64,000 nucleotides of DNA from Planctomycetota bacterium (GTDB lineage Bacteria; Planctomycetota; UBA8108; SXIK01), in NCBI GenBank assembly GCA_965223265.1, contig OZ244999.1, forward strand, positions 2,144,001-2,208,000. Reading direction: 5' to 3'. The first letter of the stretch is position 1, and each line of letters opens with the position of its first letter. The position numbers and the translations under genes were made by a program. The notes beneath the pieces were generated by a model that saw only the letters and a list, made by a program, of their open reading frames with translations, was not told the origin of the DNA and made no database searches. Shown in pieces: positions 1 through 9,542 of this stretch.

Positions 1-180
1 TCGGGAGCAGGGCGGATCGTGCTCTATCCTGCGAGCGAAAAACAGGCGATCGTCCTCGACCACGTCCTCTGGGTGAACTCGAAGGAAAAGAAGATCCAGG
101 ATCTGCTCTCAGCACTCTCCGTCGAAATCTCGGGTCACGAACACGACGACGAAGGTGTCGGCATTGGCATCGGCGACTGA
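1..180 (+). CDS. 3' end of an unidentified CDS running in from the left edge
   Basis: Frame 1 is open from base 1 (SGAGRIVLYP...HEHDDEGVGIGIGD) to TGA at 178-180 with GC3-rich codons; product not recognisable. Confidence 0.6.
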   Translation, partial: SGAGRIVLYPASEKQAIVLDHVLWVNSKEKKIQDLLSALSVEISGHEHDDEGVGIGIGD

Positions 181-279
181 CACTCCGGCAGGAGCATCTG
201 CGAGAACGGCGAAGAGTGCTCCGAGCGAGAGTGGTTCAGTCAGTGACTCGAAGAGTGGCCTCGATGCCCGTATAGAGGA

Positions 280-322
280 GGCGACACGTGGTTGAGCACG
301 CGCGCTCTGAACACGTGCCGCC
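280..322. terminator. Imperfect hairpin between convergent genes, possible bidirectional terminator
   Basis: GGCGACACGTG(280-290)...CACGTGCCGCC(312-322) arms; no clear U-tract. Confidence 0.3.
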
Positions 323-361
323 GTCTGCCTGAGCTGCCGCTGCGCGGTTGGGCTGCAGCGA

Positions 362-1840
362 TCAACTCTCGTCGGCGGCGCGGAGCATGACGCTCTTTGC
401 GAAATTGACGTCGATGAGCGTGGGGTCTTCCATGAACCAGACGAGGCTACCGGAGCGGTCGATGATCACGAAGCTGGCGCTGCCGACCGTCACTTTGAAG
501 TCACCAAAGAGCTTCTGGTCTTCGGCGTCCGGGTCGAATCCGGCAGCCCCGAGATAGCCGATGTCGTTGATCTCTTGCACGAGGAGCTGTTCACGCTGCT
601 GACGATCTTGTCCCTGGCGGAGAAAGTGGGCGGCGACCATCTGCAGGTCGTCCCTACCGGCGCAGACGAGTGACATGCGCGCCATGAACTCCTGCGAGCG
701 ACGTTCGCCGGCGTTGCGAAAGAGAATGCCGGTGACCTTGCCAAGGGATTCGCTCAGCTGTACCCGCTGCGTTGTCACCCACTGCAGGTCCAGCTCGCGG
801 GGTGCCTGACGCTCGGCCAGCTCGTTGAGGAAATCCAAAGTCGCCTGCGATCGCCCGCGGTAAACGGAGTATTCGGGCTTGAGCTGTTGTCCTTGAGTCG
901 CGAGTTCTTTTTCCCAGGCGTCAAGTTTGGCGATGTGGTCGGTGAACGCTTGGCGCGCCGTGCTGAAGTCGCCTGCGGCCATGCGGCCGTATCCATACCA
1001 GAAGCCGTAGTAGTGCATTAAGCGTTCGCAAGTCTGTTTGACGCGCGTCGTCGCTCCGGGGCTTGATCCCTTCAGTGGAAGTGTGATTTGTCCGATTCTG
1101 ACGGCTCGCTCGAAGCCCGCGATGTCACCTTTCCCGACGTTTAACTTGCGAAGCGTCTCGACATAAAAAGGGTAACTCTCGCTCTCGTAGTACTCTTTGA
1201 GAGCCTCCTCCAAGACCTCCGTGCCCGTCTCGTAGTCTTCGCCATCGAGGTGGTTGCGAGCTGCGGCCTGAGCGATTCGATGCGCCTCTGAGTCGTCGCC
1301 ATACTTGGTCAGAAACTCTCGGTAGGCGTTGTCAGCCTCCCGGTGTTTTCCTCCTTCGTGAAGGCTCAAGCCGAGAAGCTCGAGCCCGCGAGCGCGATAC
1401 TCGTGATTTTCAGGAAGTCGCTCGAGTGCTCGGCGCGCGAGAGTCTGCACCTGCGTGAAGTAGTCCGACATCCTCCGGTCTAACTCGGCACGTAGATCGG
1501 TTACACCGGTGCGGCGAAGTTCGTCGTAGACGCTGTGGCGAAATCGCTGTGACAGGATGTAGAGCGCTTTGGCATAGATGAACTCGATTTGTCCGGTCTC
1601 TTCTGGGCCGGCACCGGTAGCACATTCCTTGAGAAACTCGTGGCACTGTTGCACGGCTTCTTGAGACTTCCTCGCCAACTCATCGGCACTCTTTCCCGGC
1701 GCGAAGGTCTTCGGCAGGCTCTTGTAGAAGCGAGAGATCTCATCGCGCCGGTTCTTGCAAGCGGCGTCAGACTCCTCGAGCGCGAAGAGCGTCGACGCGC
1801 CCACGATCCACACGGAGACGAGAGCGACGGTGGTTTTCAT
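362..1840 (-). CDS. Exported TPR-repeat protein with C-terminal thioredoxin/TlpA-like domain lacking CXXC
   Basis: ATG at 1840 preceded by AAGGAG; signal peptide MKTTVALVSVWIVGASTLFA; helical TPR-like segments (GKHREADNAYREFLTKYGD); C-terminal GKVTGILF...FVIIDRSGSLVW resembles the redoxin fold. Confidence 0.7.
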   Translation of the reverse strand: MKTTVALVSVWIVGASTLFALEESDAACKNRRDEISRFYKSLPKTFAPGKSADELARKSQEAVQQCHEFLKECATGAGPEETGQIEFIYAKALYILSQRFRHSVYDELRRTGVTDLRAELDRRMSDYFTQVQTLARRALERLPENHEYRARGLELLGLSLHEGGKHREADNAYREFLTKYGDDSEAHRIAQAAARNHLDGEDYETGTEVLEEALKEYYESESYPFYVETLRKLNVGKGDIAGFERAVRIGQITLPLKGSSPGATTRVKQTCERLMHYYGFWYGYGRMAAGDFSTARQAFTDHIAKLDAWEKELATQGQQLKPEYSVYRGRSQATLDFLNELAERQAPRELDLQWVTTQRVQLSESLGKVTGILFRNAGERRSQEFMARMSLVCAGRDDLQMVAAHFLRQGQDRQQREQLLVQEINDIGYLGAAGFDPDAEDQKLFGDFKVTVGSASFVIIDRSGSLVWFMEDPTLIDVNFAKSVMLRAADES

Positions 1841-1971
1841 GATTTTTCTTTCTCCTTGGAGGGGGCGCCCGTCCACGGAAGTCGTTGCGGCGCTGGGACG
1901 CCGTCCACGGCCTGGACGGTCTCTACGACCGTCGGAGTGCGGCGCGTACCTCCGCACACCTCATTCTTCCT

Positions 1972-2140
1972 CTGCGAGAGCGGTCGAAGAGGCGTTTGGA
2001 ACGGAGAGCCAGTCTTGTCGCGTCCTCAGTCCACTTCAAACGAGGGCAATCCCCGAGCCTTTGTCTACAAGACGTTACGGCGAGTGCCGCCGCTGAACTG
2101 GGCGTGAAGAGGCCAAGTGACTCGGCCGACTCTTTTCAGA
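1972..2140 (-). repeat. Decayed copy of the ~170-bp palindromic MITE-like element
   Basis: Bases 1983-2025 align without gaps to the reverse complement of the 8926-9092 element (28/43 by hand, mostly transitions); CTGGGCGTGAAGAGGCC is shared exactly. Confidence 0.65.
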
Positions 2141-2370
2141 TTGAGAGCGTTCTTGGTCGTGGCGGATTTCTCGATGGGTTTTCCCTGGAGAGACAGCAAA
2201 CATCTTGCCGAACCGCAGGGGGCGACGCTCCTAAAGTACCGCGTCGGCGGCGAATTCGTAAGGATCCCGTCGAAACACCTTTCGCCGACGTGTGCTTGAC
2301 ATGGAGCGGTCGGGTCGTACCATGCGCTCGGACGTTTCCGCCAGCGGTCGTCGTAGAAGTGAAGAGGCGT

Positions 2371-5300
2371 ATGGTAGGTCCGCGGTTATCCCGGCCGCTC
2401 ACTCTTTTGTTTTGCTTTCTTGCCGCTGCGGTCTGGGCGCTTCCCGGTGCGCTCGCTGCTGAGGCGACGTCGGGGACGGGAGCGACTCCTGAGGCGCCTC
2501 CTCAAGCGGGATTCGGTGAGAACTCGTCAGCGACGCCTGCCGCCGATCGAGATGCAGCGGAGGCTGAGCTCGAACGCGAGCTCAGACGTGCGGCGGACGA
2601 CTTTAGTTTTGAGGACGTGCCGCAAGGAGCCGCCGACACCTCGGAGTGGTCCGACTCCACCTTCACGATGGTGGTTGTCGGTGGGGTGACCTGGCACTAC
2701 CACCTCGCAGGCGAGCGGGTCCGCATGATGGCGGACCTGTGTCGAATATCGGTCGAACTGACGGATGAGCTCACGCTTGAGGAGCTCCGAGATCGGAGAT
2801 CGCACTCCGAAGAGCGAGCCGAGGGCCGTGCCGATGCCGGCATCGACGCCCACGGTGCCCTTCCGAGCGACAGTGTCGTGCCAAGCGACGGCAGCGTTTC
2901 GAGCGGGGCAGAGGCGACGGCGTCAAACGACGGTGAAGGCGGGGCCCGCGGTCGCGATGCCGACGGCGGCGATGAGAGCGGCAAGAACAAGATCGACTTG
3001 AAGCGGTTTCGAAAATTCGCGGTTTACCTCGAAGGGCACGTGCGTTTTGAAGTCCTCGACCGCGATCTACACCTCGAAGCCGATTCGATGTATTTCGAGC
3101 ACCCGTCCGGAGTCGGTATCGCTCGCGGCGCGCGGCTCTCGGCGACGGTGGAACGTGCCGTAGAGATTCAGTCCTTGATTCAGTCGAAACGGATGACGCC
3201 CGACAGCTCGGCTGCTGGGTCGCCGTTCGGAGCGTCGCCGTCGAATCCGTTCTATGATTCACCGCTGGTCATTCGCGCGGCGAAGCTGCGCATGTACGGC
3301 CTGCGATACTTCATCGGCGACGAGGTGGAGGTGTCGAACTCGCACTACGCTGTGCCGCCGGTGGCGCTGCGGTCGCGATCGGTGGAGGTCTATCCTGTCG
3401 ACTCCACGGCAGCCGAACGGGAGCGCTTGAGACAATTGGCGGCAGGCAACGCCGAGGACGTCGATCCGACGTCTCCGAGCGCGCATGCCACTGCGGGGGT
3501 TTCGGCGTCGCGCGACGTCGCAAGCGATCGCCGTGCTCAGAGCGTCGGCGCCGGAGAACAGCCTGAGGCAGATTCCGGGCAGCGAGGTGAAGCAGTTGAC
3601 CCGAAGACCGACCTTGAGGAAGGTGCTACGGAGTCTGCCGATGAGGAGGCAGAGCGCGTGACTCACTTCATCATCGATCCCGAATCGACCTGGATCACGG
3701 TGCTCGATCGACCTCTCGTGCCGCTGCCGCTGAGCTACTGGGACACGCGGTGGCATGACTACCTGCCGATTCGCGAGGCCCAGCTCGGCTCTTCCTCTGA
3801 GCTGGGAGCCTTCGGCGAGATCAACTGGAACCTCAATTATTTCCTGCGCCTCCTGCCGTACGGCGATTCGGAGCCGGCGAAGGCTTTAGATCGTGACGCC
3901 CGATTGGGCTTCTCGACTCTCTACTCCGACCGCCGTGGCTTCGGCTACGGCCCGAACGCGGTTTACGGGCAAAGCCCCAGAAGCTGGGCCCCATGGCAAA
4001 CGCAGCTCGATGCTTGGACGCTCTACGGCGAGGGAAGATACTTCACGATCGACGATCGAGGCGACGAGGATCGCACCACGCGCATGCCGATTCCACGCGA
4101 TGACCGCTTTTGGGGAACGATTGCGCACAGGCAAGCCGTGCCGCACCTCGGTCTCTTCGACTTTGAGTACTCGGATCTCTCGGACCGTGCCTTTCTCGGG
4201 GAGTATTACGAGGACATCGCCAAGCAGGAGAAGGAGCAAGAGACGCTCGTTTACTGGCGGCGGAACTTCCGCGACAACTTGGCGCTCACCGGCTTGGCCC
4301 AGTTCCGCACGGATAACTTCGTGACGCAAACCGAGCGTTTGCCGGAGGCGAAGGCGTTCGTTCTCCAGCAGCCGGTGTTTGGCTCAGGACTCTACACGGA
4401 CTTGACGGCCCAGGCGGCGCGGCTGCGACCGCGTCCGGACGACGCGCTGGGGCTGCCGAGCCGTGGCTTTGAGCGCTACGACTTGTTCAATTCCTGGGCC
4501 TACCCCCTTCACCTCCCATTCCTAGATTTGCGACCGTTTTCGCTCCTGCGCTACTCGTACTACGACGAGCTGGCTGACCCCGCGGCTGGTTCAGAAGATC
4601 GGGGCACGGTTGGTGGCGGCATCACGCTGAGCCAGGAGTGGCGTCGGGTCTTCGATTTCGAGCACCGTTCGCTGATGGATCGCCTCTTCGACGTGCGGAA
4701 GATGAAGCACGTCATCGTGCCGAGCGTCACGTATCTCAATGTCGCCTCGAATGATCTCGATCCAGCTCGGACGATCCCGGTCGATGATGTGGACACGGTC
4801 GACCTGCGTGAGTCCGTGTCCTTGTCGCTGCGCAACGAATTGCTTCTGCGGCGTCGCCTACCCGGACGGTCACGCCAAGTCCGACCACTCCTTGGCGACC
4901 GCGACGCCCTGCTGACGGCCGCCGACTTCGAGACGTTTCGTCTGTTCGAGAGCGATGTGAGCTTGGTGGTCTTCCCACGTCCACAGCGCGACAACGCCGG
5001 CGACGAATTCTCACGACTGCGGCTAGACAACGCGTTCCACGTCCGTCGCCTGTCGCTCCGACTTTGGTCGGAACTCAATCCCAACCGTGATTTCAGGATG
5101 GAACGGCTGGATTTGTCGACGACTCTGCGCGTCGTTCCGGAACGCCTTTTGTTCACGGTGGGGGACCGTTTGACGCGTAGTTTGTCGAACATCCTGTACG
5201 TCGACGTGAGGGCGTGGCTCTCCGAAAAGTGGGCCTTTTCGACCTACTGGTCGCACGACACTGACCGCGGCCGAGGCATCGAGGTGAGCTTTGCTGCGAC

Positions 5301-5424
5301 GCGGATGTTTCACCGCTTTGCTGTGACGTTTGAGTTCGTCGAGGACGTAGGCGAGGACCGCAACCGCTCCTTCTTTGTCAACGTATCGCCGCTCGAGCTT
5401 TTCCGTGCCAGGCACGTTCGATGA
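2371..5424 (+). CDS. lptD: LptD-like outer-membrane LPS-assembly beta-barrel protein with low-complexity insertions
   Basis: Signal peptide from ATG 2371; N-terminal OstA-like strands (VYLEGHVRF, LEADSMY); SDRAFLGEYY, TERLPE and MKHVIVPSVTY segments; amphipathic beta-strand C-terminus. Confidence 0.6.
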   Translation: MVGPRLSRPLTLLFCFLAAAVWALPGALAAEATSGTGATPEAPPQAGFGENSSATPAADRDAAEAELERELRRAADDFSFEDVPQGAADTSEWSDSTFTMVVVGGVTWHYHLAGERVRMMADLCRISVELTDELTLEELRDRRSHSEERAEGRADAGIDAHGALPSDSVVPSDGSVSSGAEATASNDGEGGARGRDADGGDESGKNKIDLKRFRKFAVYLEGHVRFEVLDRDLHLEADSMYFEHPSGVGIARGARLSATVERAVEIQSLIQSKRMTPDSSAAGSPFGASPSNPFYDSPLVIRAAKLRMYGLRYFIGDEVEVSNSHYAVPPVALRSRSVEVYPVDSTAAERERLRQLAAGNAEDVDPTSPSAHATAGVSASRDVASDRRAQSVGAGEQPEADSGQRGEAVDPKTDLEEGATESADEEAERVTHFIIDPESTWITVLDRPLVPLPLSYWDTRWHDYLPIREAQLGSSSELGAFGEINWNLNYFLRLLPYGDSEPAKALDRDARLGFSTLYSDRRGFGYGPNAVYGQSPRSWAPWQTQLDAWTLYGEGRYFTIDDRGDEDRTTRMPIPRDDRFWGTIAHRQAVPHLGLFDFEYSDLSDRAFLGEYYEDIAKQEKEQETLVYWRRNFRDNLALTGLAQFRTDNFVTQTERLPEAKAFVLQQPVFGSGLYTDLTAQAARLRPRPDDALGLPSRGFERYDLFNSWAYPLHLPFLDLRPFSLLRYSYYDELADPAAGSEDRGTVGGGITLSQEWRRVFDFEHRSLMDRLFDVRKMKHVIVPSVTYLNVASNDLDPARTIPVDDVDTVDLRESVSLSLRNELLLRRRLPGRSRQVRPLLGDRDALLTAADFETFRLFESDVSLVVFPRPQRDNAGDEFSRLRLDNAFHVRRLSLRLWSELNPNRDFRMERLDLSTTLRVVPERLLFTVGDRLTRSLSNILYVDVRAWLSEKWAFSTYWSHDTDRGRGIEVSFAATRMFHRFAVTFEFVEDVGEDRNRSFFVNVSPLELFRARHVR

Positions 5425-5509
5425 AAAGGGGGCGTATGCGTGGCCTTCGCCGCACCGCACGGTTCGATGTAGAATGACGTACGAGGCGCTGCGGCGTCGG
5501 AGCGTCCCA

Positions 5510-5612
5510 CCGGCACCGTCTTTTGTTTGCAGGCACCCCGGCTTTTCTTTGCAGGCACCCCGGCATCGCCTACCGGCACCTTTCAACAGCACCTCTCAAC
5601 ACAGCACGTCTC
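5510..5612. repeat. Short tandem/phased direct repeats upstream of coaD
   Basis: 22-bp unit TTTT(G/C)TTTGCAGGCACCCCGGC twice (5521-5542, 5543-5564); GGCACC at 5512, 5532, 5554, 5575; then TCAAC(AC)AGCAC twice. Confidence 0.75.
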
Positions 5613-5658
5613 AAGGCCAACCCTGGCGACGTCTGGGGCAGAGGAGAGAAACTAAACT

Positions 5659-6156
5659 ATGGCCGAACCAGCCAGCGATTCGATCGCGATTTTGCCAGGC
5701 AGCTACGACCCTCTGACGCTGGGGCACGTGGACGTCATTCGCCGCGCCGCGCCTCTGTTTGAGCACTTGATTGTTGGCGTTCTCGACAACCCCGACAAGC
5801 AAAGCCTCTTCAGCGCCGAGCAGCGCGTGGCGCTGATCGACGCTGAACTGGCGGATTCTGCGGGCGTGAAGACTGTGGCTTTCTCCGGCCTCGCCATCGA
5901 TTTCGCGGCCCGGCAGGGTGCCCGCTGGATCGTCCGGGGTATCCGCTCGGCGACCGATGCGGCGTATGAACTGCCCATGGTGCACACCAATCGCGCTTGT
6001 GGTGGCGTCGAGACAATTCTGGTTCCAGCTCGCCCCGAGCTCGCGTTCGTCTCGTCGACCCTGGCACGGCAGATCGGTGCTGGCGGCGGCGATCTGAGCG
6101 CTCTCGTGCCGCCGCGAGTTGCCGAGGCACTCCGCAGCAAGCTCAGCAGCCGATGA
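5659..6156 (+). CDS. coaD: Phosphopantetheine adenylyltransferase
   Basis: PGSYDPLTLGH (HxGH-type), VRGIRS and FVSSTLARQI motifs; 165 aa; GAGGAG RBS. Confidence 0.95.
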   Translation: MAEPASDSIAILPGSYDPLTLGHVDVIRRAAPLFEHLIVGVLDNPDKQSLFSAEQRVALIDAELADSAGVKTVAFSGLAIDFAARQGARWIVRGIRSATDAAYELPMVHTNRACGGVETILVPARPELAFVSSTLARQIGAGGGDLSALVPPRVAEALRSKLSSR

Positions 6157-6301
6157 AAAGGGCCATTCGGCCGGGCGCGATCCGGCTCGGGTCGTGGCGG
6201 AGGACGGAGGCACCTCTTCACGCAGGCTGACAGGCCGCGTGCCACTTCGGAGCCGGAAGGTAGCTGACACCGCGCTGGCAAGTCTCTATCATACCGCCCC
6301 T

Positions 6302-7657
6302 ATGAAAACTGCCGCGTTCGTAACGCTCGGCTGCAAGATCAATCAGTACGAGACCGCCGCCATTCGTGAGGAGGTGCTCGATCTCGGCTACCGTGAAGTC
6401 GATGCGAGCCAGGCGGCCGACGTGTATGTGGTCAACACCTGTACGGTCACTGCCATCAGCGGCGTCAAGAGTCGAAAGTACGTGCAGCGCGCCGCCCGCA
6501 CCAACCCCGACGCCAAGATCATCGTTGTTGGTTGTTCGACCGCGTCTGAGCGCGCGCAACTGGCGAAGATTCCGCAGGTCGCCGTTCTGGCCGGAAACGA
6601 AGAGAAGACGCTCGTCGGCAGCTTTCTCGAAGGCGGGTGGAAGCCTGGTGAGCCGTTTCCCGAGCGCCAAAAGGACATTTTCAGGCTCAGCGTGTCGCGC
6701 TACACCGGCCGTACCCGCGCCAACATCAAGGTTCAAGACGGCTGCGACAGCTTCTGTAGCTTTTGCATCATCCCGTTTCTGCGCGGCCGCTCGCGCAGTC
6801 GGCACCCGGACGCGGTGGAGGAGGAAGTGCGCCGCCTCGTCGACGCAGGCTTTCGGGAGGTCGTGCTGACCGGAGTGCACATTCAGGACTACGGGTCGGA
6901 TCTTGACGACTCGGTGTCGCTCGCAGGGCTCCTGGAGCGCGTCGCGGGCGTTGAGGGGCTGCGCCGTATTCGCCTCAGCAGCATTGGGGTGCGGAGCTTT
7001 GATGCGCGGCTTTTCGCGGCGCTCGAGAATCCTCTCTTTTGTCCTCATTGGCACGTACCGCTGCAGTCTGGTTCCGACGCGGTCCTCACGGCCATGCGCC
7101 GCGATTACAGCGTCGAGGAGTTTTTCGCTGTGCTCACGGAACTGGCGAGGCGCCGCGGCGACGTCGCCATCTCGACCGATGTGATCGTTGGCCACCCCGG
7201 CGAGACCGACGGGGACTTCCAGGCCACGGTTGCCGCCTGTCGGCGTGCGAAGTTCGCGAAGATCCACGTCTTTCCGTACAGCATCCGTGAGGGGACGCTC
7301 GCGACGAAACTGGACAGGCACGTCGCGCCAGCGGTCATCGCTGAGCGTTCGCGTCAATTGCGCCAGGTTGAAGCCGAGTTGGCCCTTGCCTACAAGGAGC
7401 GCTTCGTTGGCTCGCGCCAGGAGGTCTTAGTTGAGGGAGAGGCCGGGACCACAGGGCGTTTGAGCGGGTTCACGTCGCGCTATCTGCGGGTGGAGTTTCC
7501 TGCCCCTTCACCCGCGTCGCTGCAGCGTTTTCCCGGCACGTTTCAGCCAGTCAGGATTGTGCAAGCGGAAGCCGCCGCGCTGCATGGCACGTGGTGCGCC
7601 ACAGAGAGTTCCGCGGGAGCCGAAGTGGGGCGCGTCGCGGCGGAGACCGAGGCGTGA
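6302..7657 (+). CDS. mtaB: tRNA t6A37 methylthiotransferase (radical SAM)
   Basis: TLGCKINQYE, VVNTCTVT, KVQDGCDSFCSFCIIP (CxxxCxxC), LQSGS, TDVIVGHPGET, HVFPYS motifs. Confidence 0.9.
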   Translation: MKTAAFVTLGCKINQYETAAIREEVLDLGYREVDASQAADVYVVNTCTVTAISGVKSRKYVQRAARTNPDAKIIVVGCSTASERAQLAKIPQVAVLAGNEEKTLVGSFLEGGWKPGEPFPERQKDIFRLSVSRYTGRTRANIKVQDGCDSFCSFCIIPFLRGRSRSRHPDAVEEEVRRLVDAGFREVVLTGVHIQDYGSDLDDSVSLAGLLERVAGVEGLRRIRLSSIGVRSFDARLFAALENPLFCPHWHVPLQSGSDAVLTAMRRDYSVEEFFAVLTELARRRGDVAISTDVIVGHPGETDGDFQATVAACRRAKFAKIHVFPYSIREGTLATKLDRHVAPAVIAERSRQLRQVEAELALAYKERFVGSRQEVLVEGEAGTTGRLSGFTSRYLRVEFPAPSPASLQRFPGTFQPVRIVQAEAAALHGTWCATESSAGAEVGRVAAETEA

Positions 7658-8559
7658 GTTCGGGAGACGTCGACCGCCGCCGGACCCTCCGCGCGCTTCG
7701 GCAGCGACTTGAGCTCCACAAATTGGCAGGTCTGGAACCGCAACTGAGGCGCCCCCGGTCTTCGACACTGCCGGTGGGAAGCCGGCCATCGAACGTGCTG
7801 CCACACGCCGTAGGGGCGGCTCGGCAGCCGCCCGGGCGTCCGGCCCACTCGGGAGCTCCCACGGGTGGTGGCGACCTGCTGGCGCGACAGCTCGCCTCAG
7901 AATCGGGCCCGCCTGCCGACCGCGAAACAGCCTCCACCGCGGCGCCGGACGGTGAGTATGCCGCCGGCGAAGCGCGCGCGGGCGAACCTGACACCGTGCT
8001 CACCGTGCTCGCGGAGCTTGCCGACCGCGTGCGGGCGTGCCAGGCGTGCCGCTTAGCGCAGGGGCGAACGCAGACCGTGTTCGGTGTCGGGTCCCCTTCG
8101 GCTCGTCTCTTCATCGTCGGGGAAGGCCCTGGGTACGAGGAGGATCAACGCGGTGAACCGTTCGTCGGCGAGGCAGGACAACTACTCAACAGGATTCTTG
8201 CCGCGATGGGCCTCAGCCGCGAAGAGGTCTACATCGCCAACGTCGTGAAGTGCCGTCCACCGAAGAACCGCACGCCCGAGCCCGACGAGATGGCTGCTTG
8301 CGCAGGCTTCCTGGAGTCTCAGATCGTCGCTGTGCAGCCGCAGCTGATCGTGACGCTTGGAGCGACTGCGGCGCGGGCACTCCTCGGCGGTGCCGGCTCA
8401 GTAGGCCGCCTGCGCGGGCGGGTCCATGAGTGGCGGGGCATAGCGGTCGTGCCGACCTACCATCCTGCGTACCTCCTGCGAACTCCAGCGGCTAAACGCA
8501 GCGTCTGGGAGGACATGCAACTGGCGATGGCTCGACTTGGTCTCGGCGACTCCACTTGA
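7654..8559 (+). CDS. Uracil-DNA glycosylase, family 4 (Fe-S)
   Basis: CQACRL, VGEGPG, EPFVGEAGQLL, NVVKCRPP, TYHPAYLLR motifs; GTG start overlaps the mtaB stop (GTGA). Confidence 0.9.
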   Translation: MSSGDVDRRRTLRALRQRLELHKLAGLEPQLRRPRSSTLPVGSRPSNVLPHAVGAARQPPGRPAHSGAPTGGGDLLARQLASESGPPADRETASTAAPDGEYAAGEARAGEPDTVLTVLAELADRVRACQACRLAQGRTQTVFGVGSPSARLFIVGEGPGYEEDQRGEPFVGEAGQLLNRILAAMGLSREEVYIANVVKCRPPKNRTPEPDEMAACAGFLESQIVAVQPQLIVTLGATAARALLGGAGSVGRLRGRVHEWRGIAVVPTYHPAYLLRTPAAKRSVWEDMQLAMARLGLGDST

Positions 8560-8925
8560 CTTCAGACTGAGAGCGCAAGTACACTCGCTTCGTTCCCGCA
8601 TCGTCGAATGCGCCGTCAACGCAGACTCCCGGGGCGCCTCCGCAGTGAGGAGGGAAAGCGAGAGACCTGCGGTAGCGTCGTGGACGAGGAGCGCGGGGAC
8701 ACCGAACGACTGTTGCACAGCGGCGGCGACGCCGCTGCTACGCGAAGCAAGCGCCGACGTGAGCAGGAAGGTAGAAATGGGTCCGGACTGCTGCGCATTG
8801 ACGTGGGTTGCAGCTGAGTCTTTCGAGTTTCGAATCAGCGGCCGGTAGCGCTCGCTCCGGCATTCCGTCTTCAAATCAACACGCGCAGAGGGCGCGAGGA
8901 AGTCGCACCTTTGCTGAGGTGTGGT

Positions 8926-9092
8926 CTAGCAGCCCGTTGAAAAAGTCATTCGGCTGAGAAACCGGCCTCTTCACGCCCAGATCAGCCGCGGCGAGCCTCG
9001 AAAATCTCGGAGATTACCTGCGTTCGCCGCGGCTGATCTGGACGCGAAGCGACCAGTTTTCAGCTCGAAGCACTTTTTCAACAGGCTGCTAG
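8926..9092. mobile_element. Intact 167-bp palindromic MITE-like element
   Basis: Ends CTAGCAGCCCGTTGAAAAAGT / ACTTTTTCAACAGGCTGCTAG; ~70-bp imperfect arms including a perfect CCAGATCAGCCGCGGCGA stem; CTAG at both ends; related copies elsewhere in the window. Confidence 0.8.
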
Positions 9093-9212
9093 GCCGCCTC
9101 GCCGGCGTTTTCGTCGCGACGAGTGCTCTTTCAACGCATCTCATGACATTTTTTCGCTGTCATTCGTGTAAGTGGCTTATCTGCTCGCTTTTGTCGAGCT
9201 CTTCTGCCGGCA

Positions 9213-9242
9213 TTGACACCTTATCGGAGGGTGTGCTACGAT
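9213..9242 (+). promoter_or_regulatory. Sigma70-type promoter for the pilM-like operon
   Basis: TTGACA (9213-9218), 18-bp spacer, extended -10 TG-c-TACGAT (9237-9242), ~300 bp upstream of the ATG. Confidence 0.55.
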
Positions 9243-9542
9243 CCAGGGATTCTGCGAAAAACTCTCCTGTCATTGCGGTTAGGGTTTCTGGGTAGAAGTC
9301 TTGAGCACACATTCTGTGGCACGCGAGGCCTTTCAAAGCGGGCGCCTCAGGCGGCGTCTTCGAGGGGGTCCCGGGCCGATGTCTTTGAGCAATAGCTTCT
9401 GAGCCGACCGCGAACTGCTGAGTTCTGATCCCCTAAAATCTCGTCTTCTCGTTTGGCCCCGAGCAGCATGCTCGAGCCGAACCGACGGTGCCGGTTCGGC
9501 CCGGTTTTGCCCGAGCCGGTTTTCAATTGAGGAATAGCGTCC

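Noticed and set aside
1885-2370. 162-aa N-terminal extension of the LptD-like ORF given by the ORF track
   Set aside because: It runs through a decayed MITE copy and the divergent promoter region; a signal peptide begins only at ATG 2371
5521-5564. Possible mini-CRISPR array
   Set aside because: Only two adjacent units with no unique spacers and no cas genes in the window
6218-7357. Long antisense ORFs (e.g. 6218-7357, 18388-19422, 28031-29083, 50030-50977)
   Set aside because: Shadow frames of well-supported genes in high-GC DNA, with no recognisable motifs
8640-8910. Cobalamin riboswitch (GGGAA...GAGACCTGC) or RNase P RNA (GAGGAAGTC) fragments
   Set aside because: Only short partial motifs; other conserved elements are missing and no B12-related gene lies downstream
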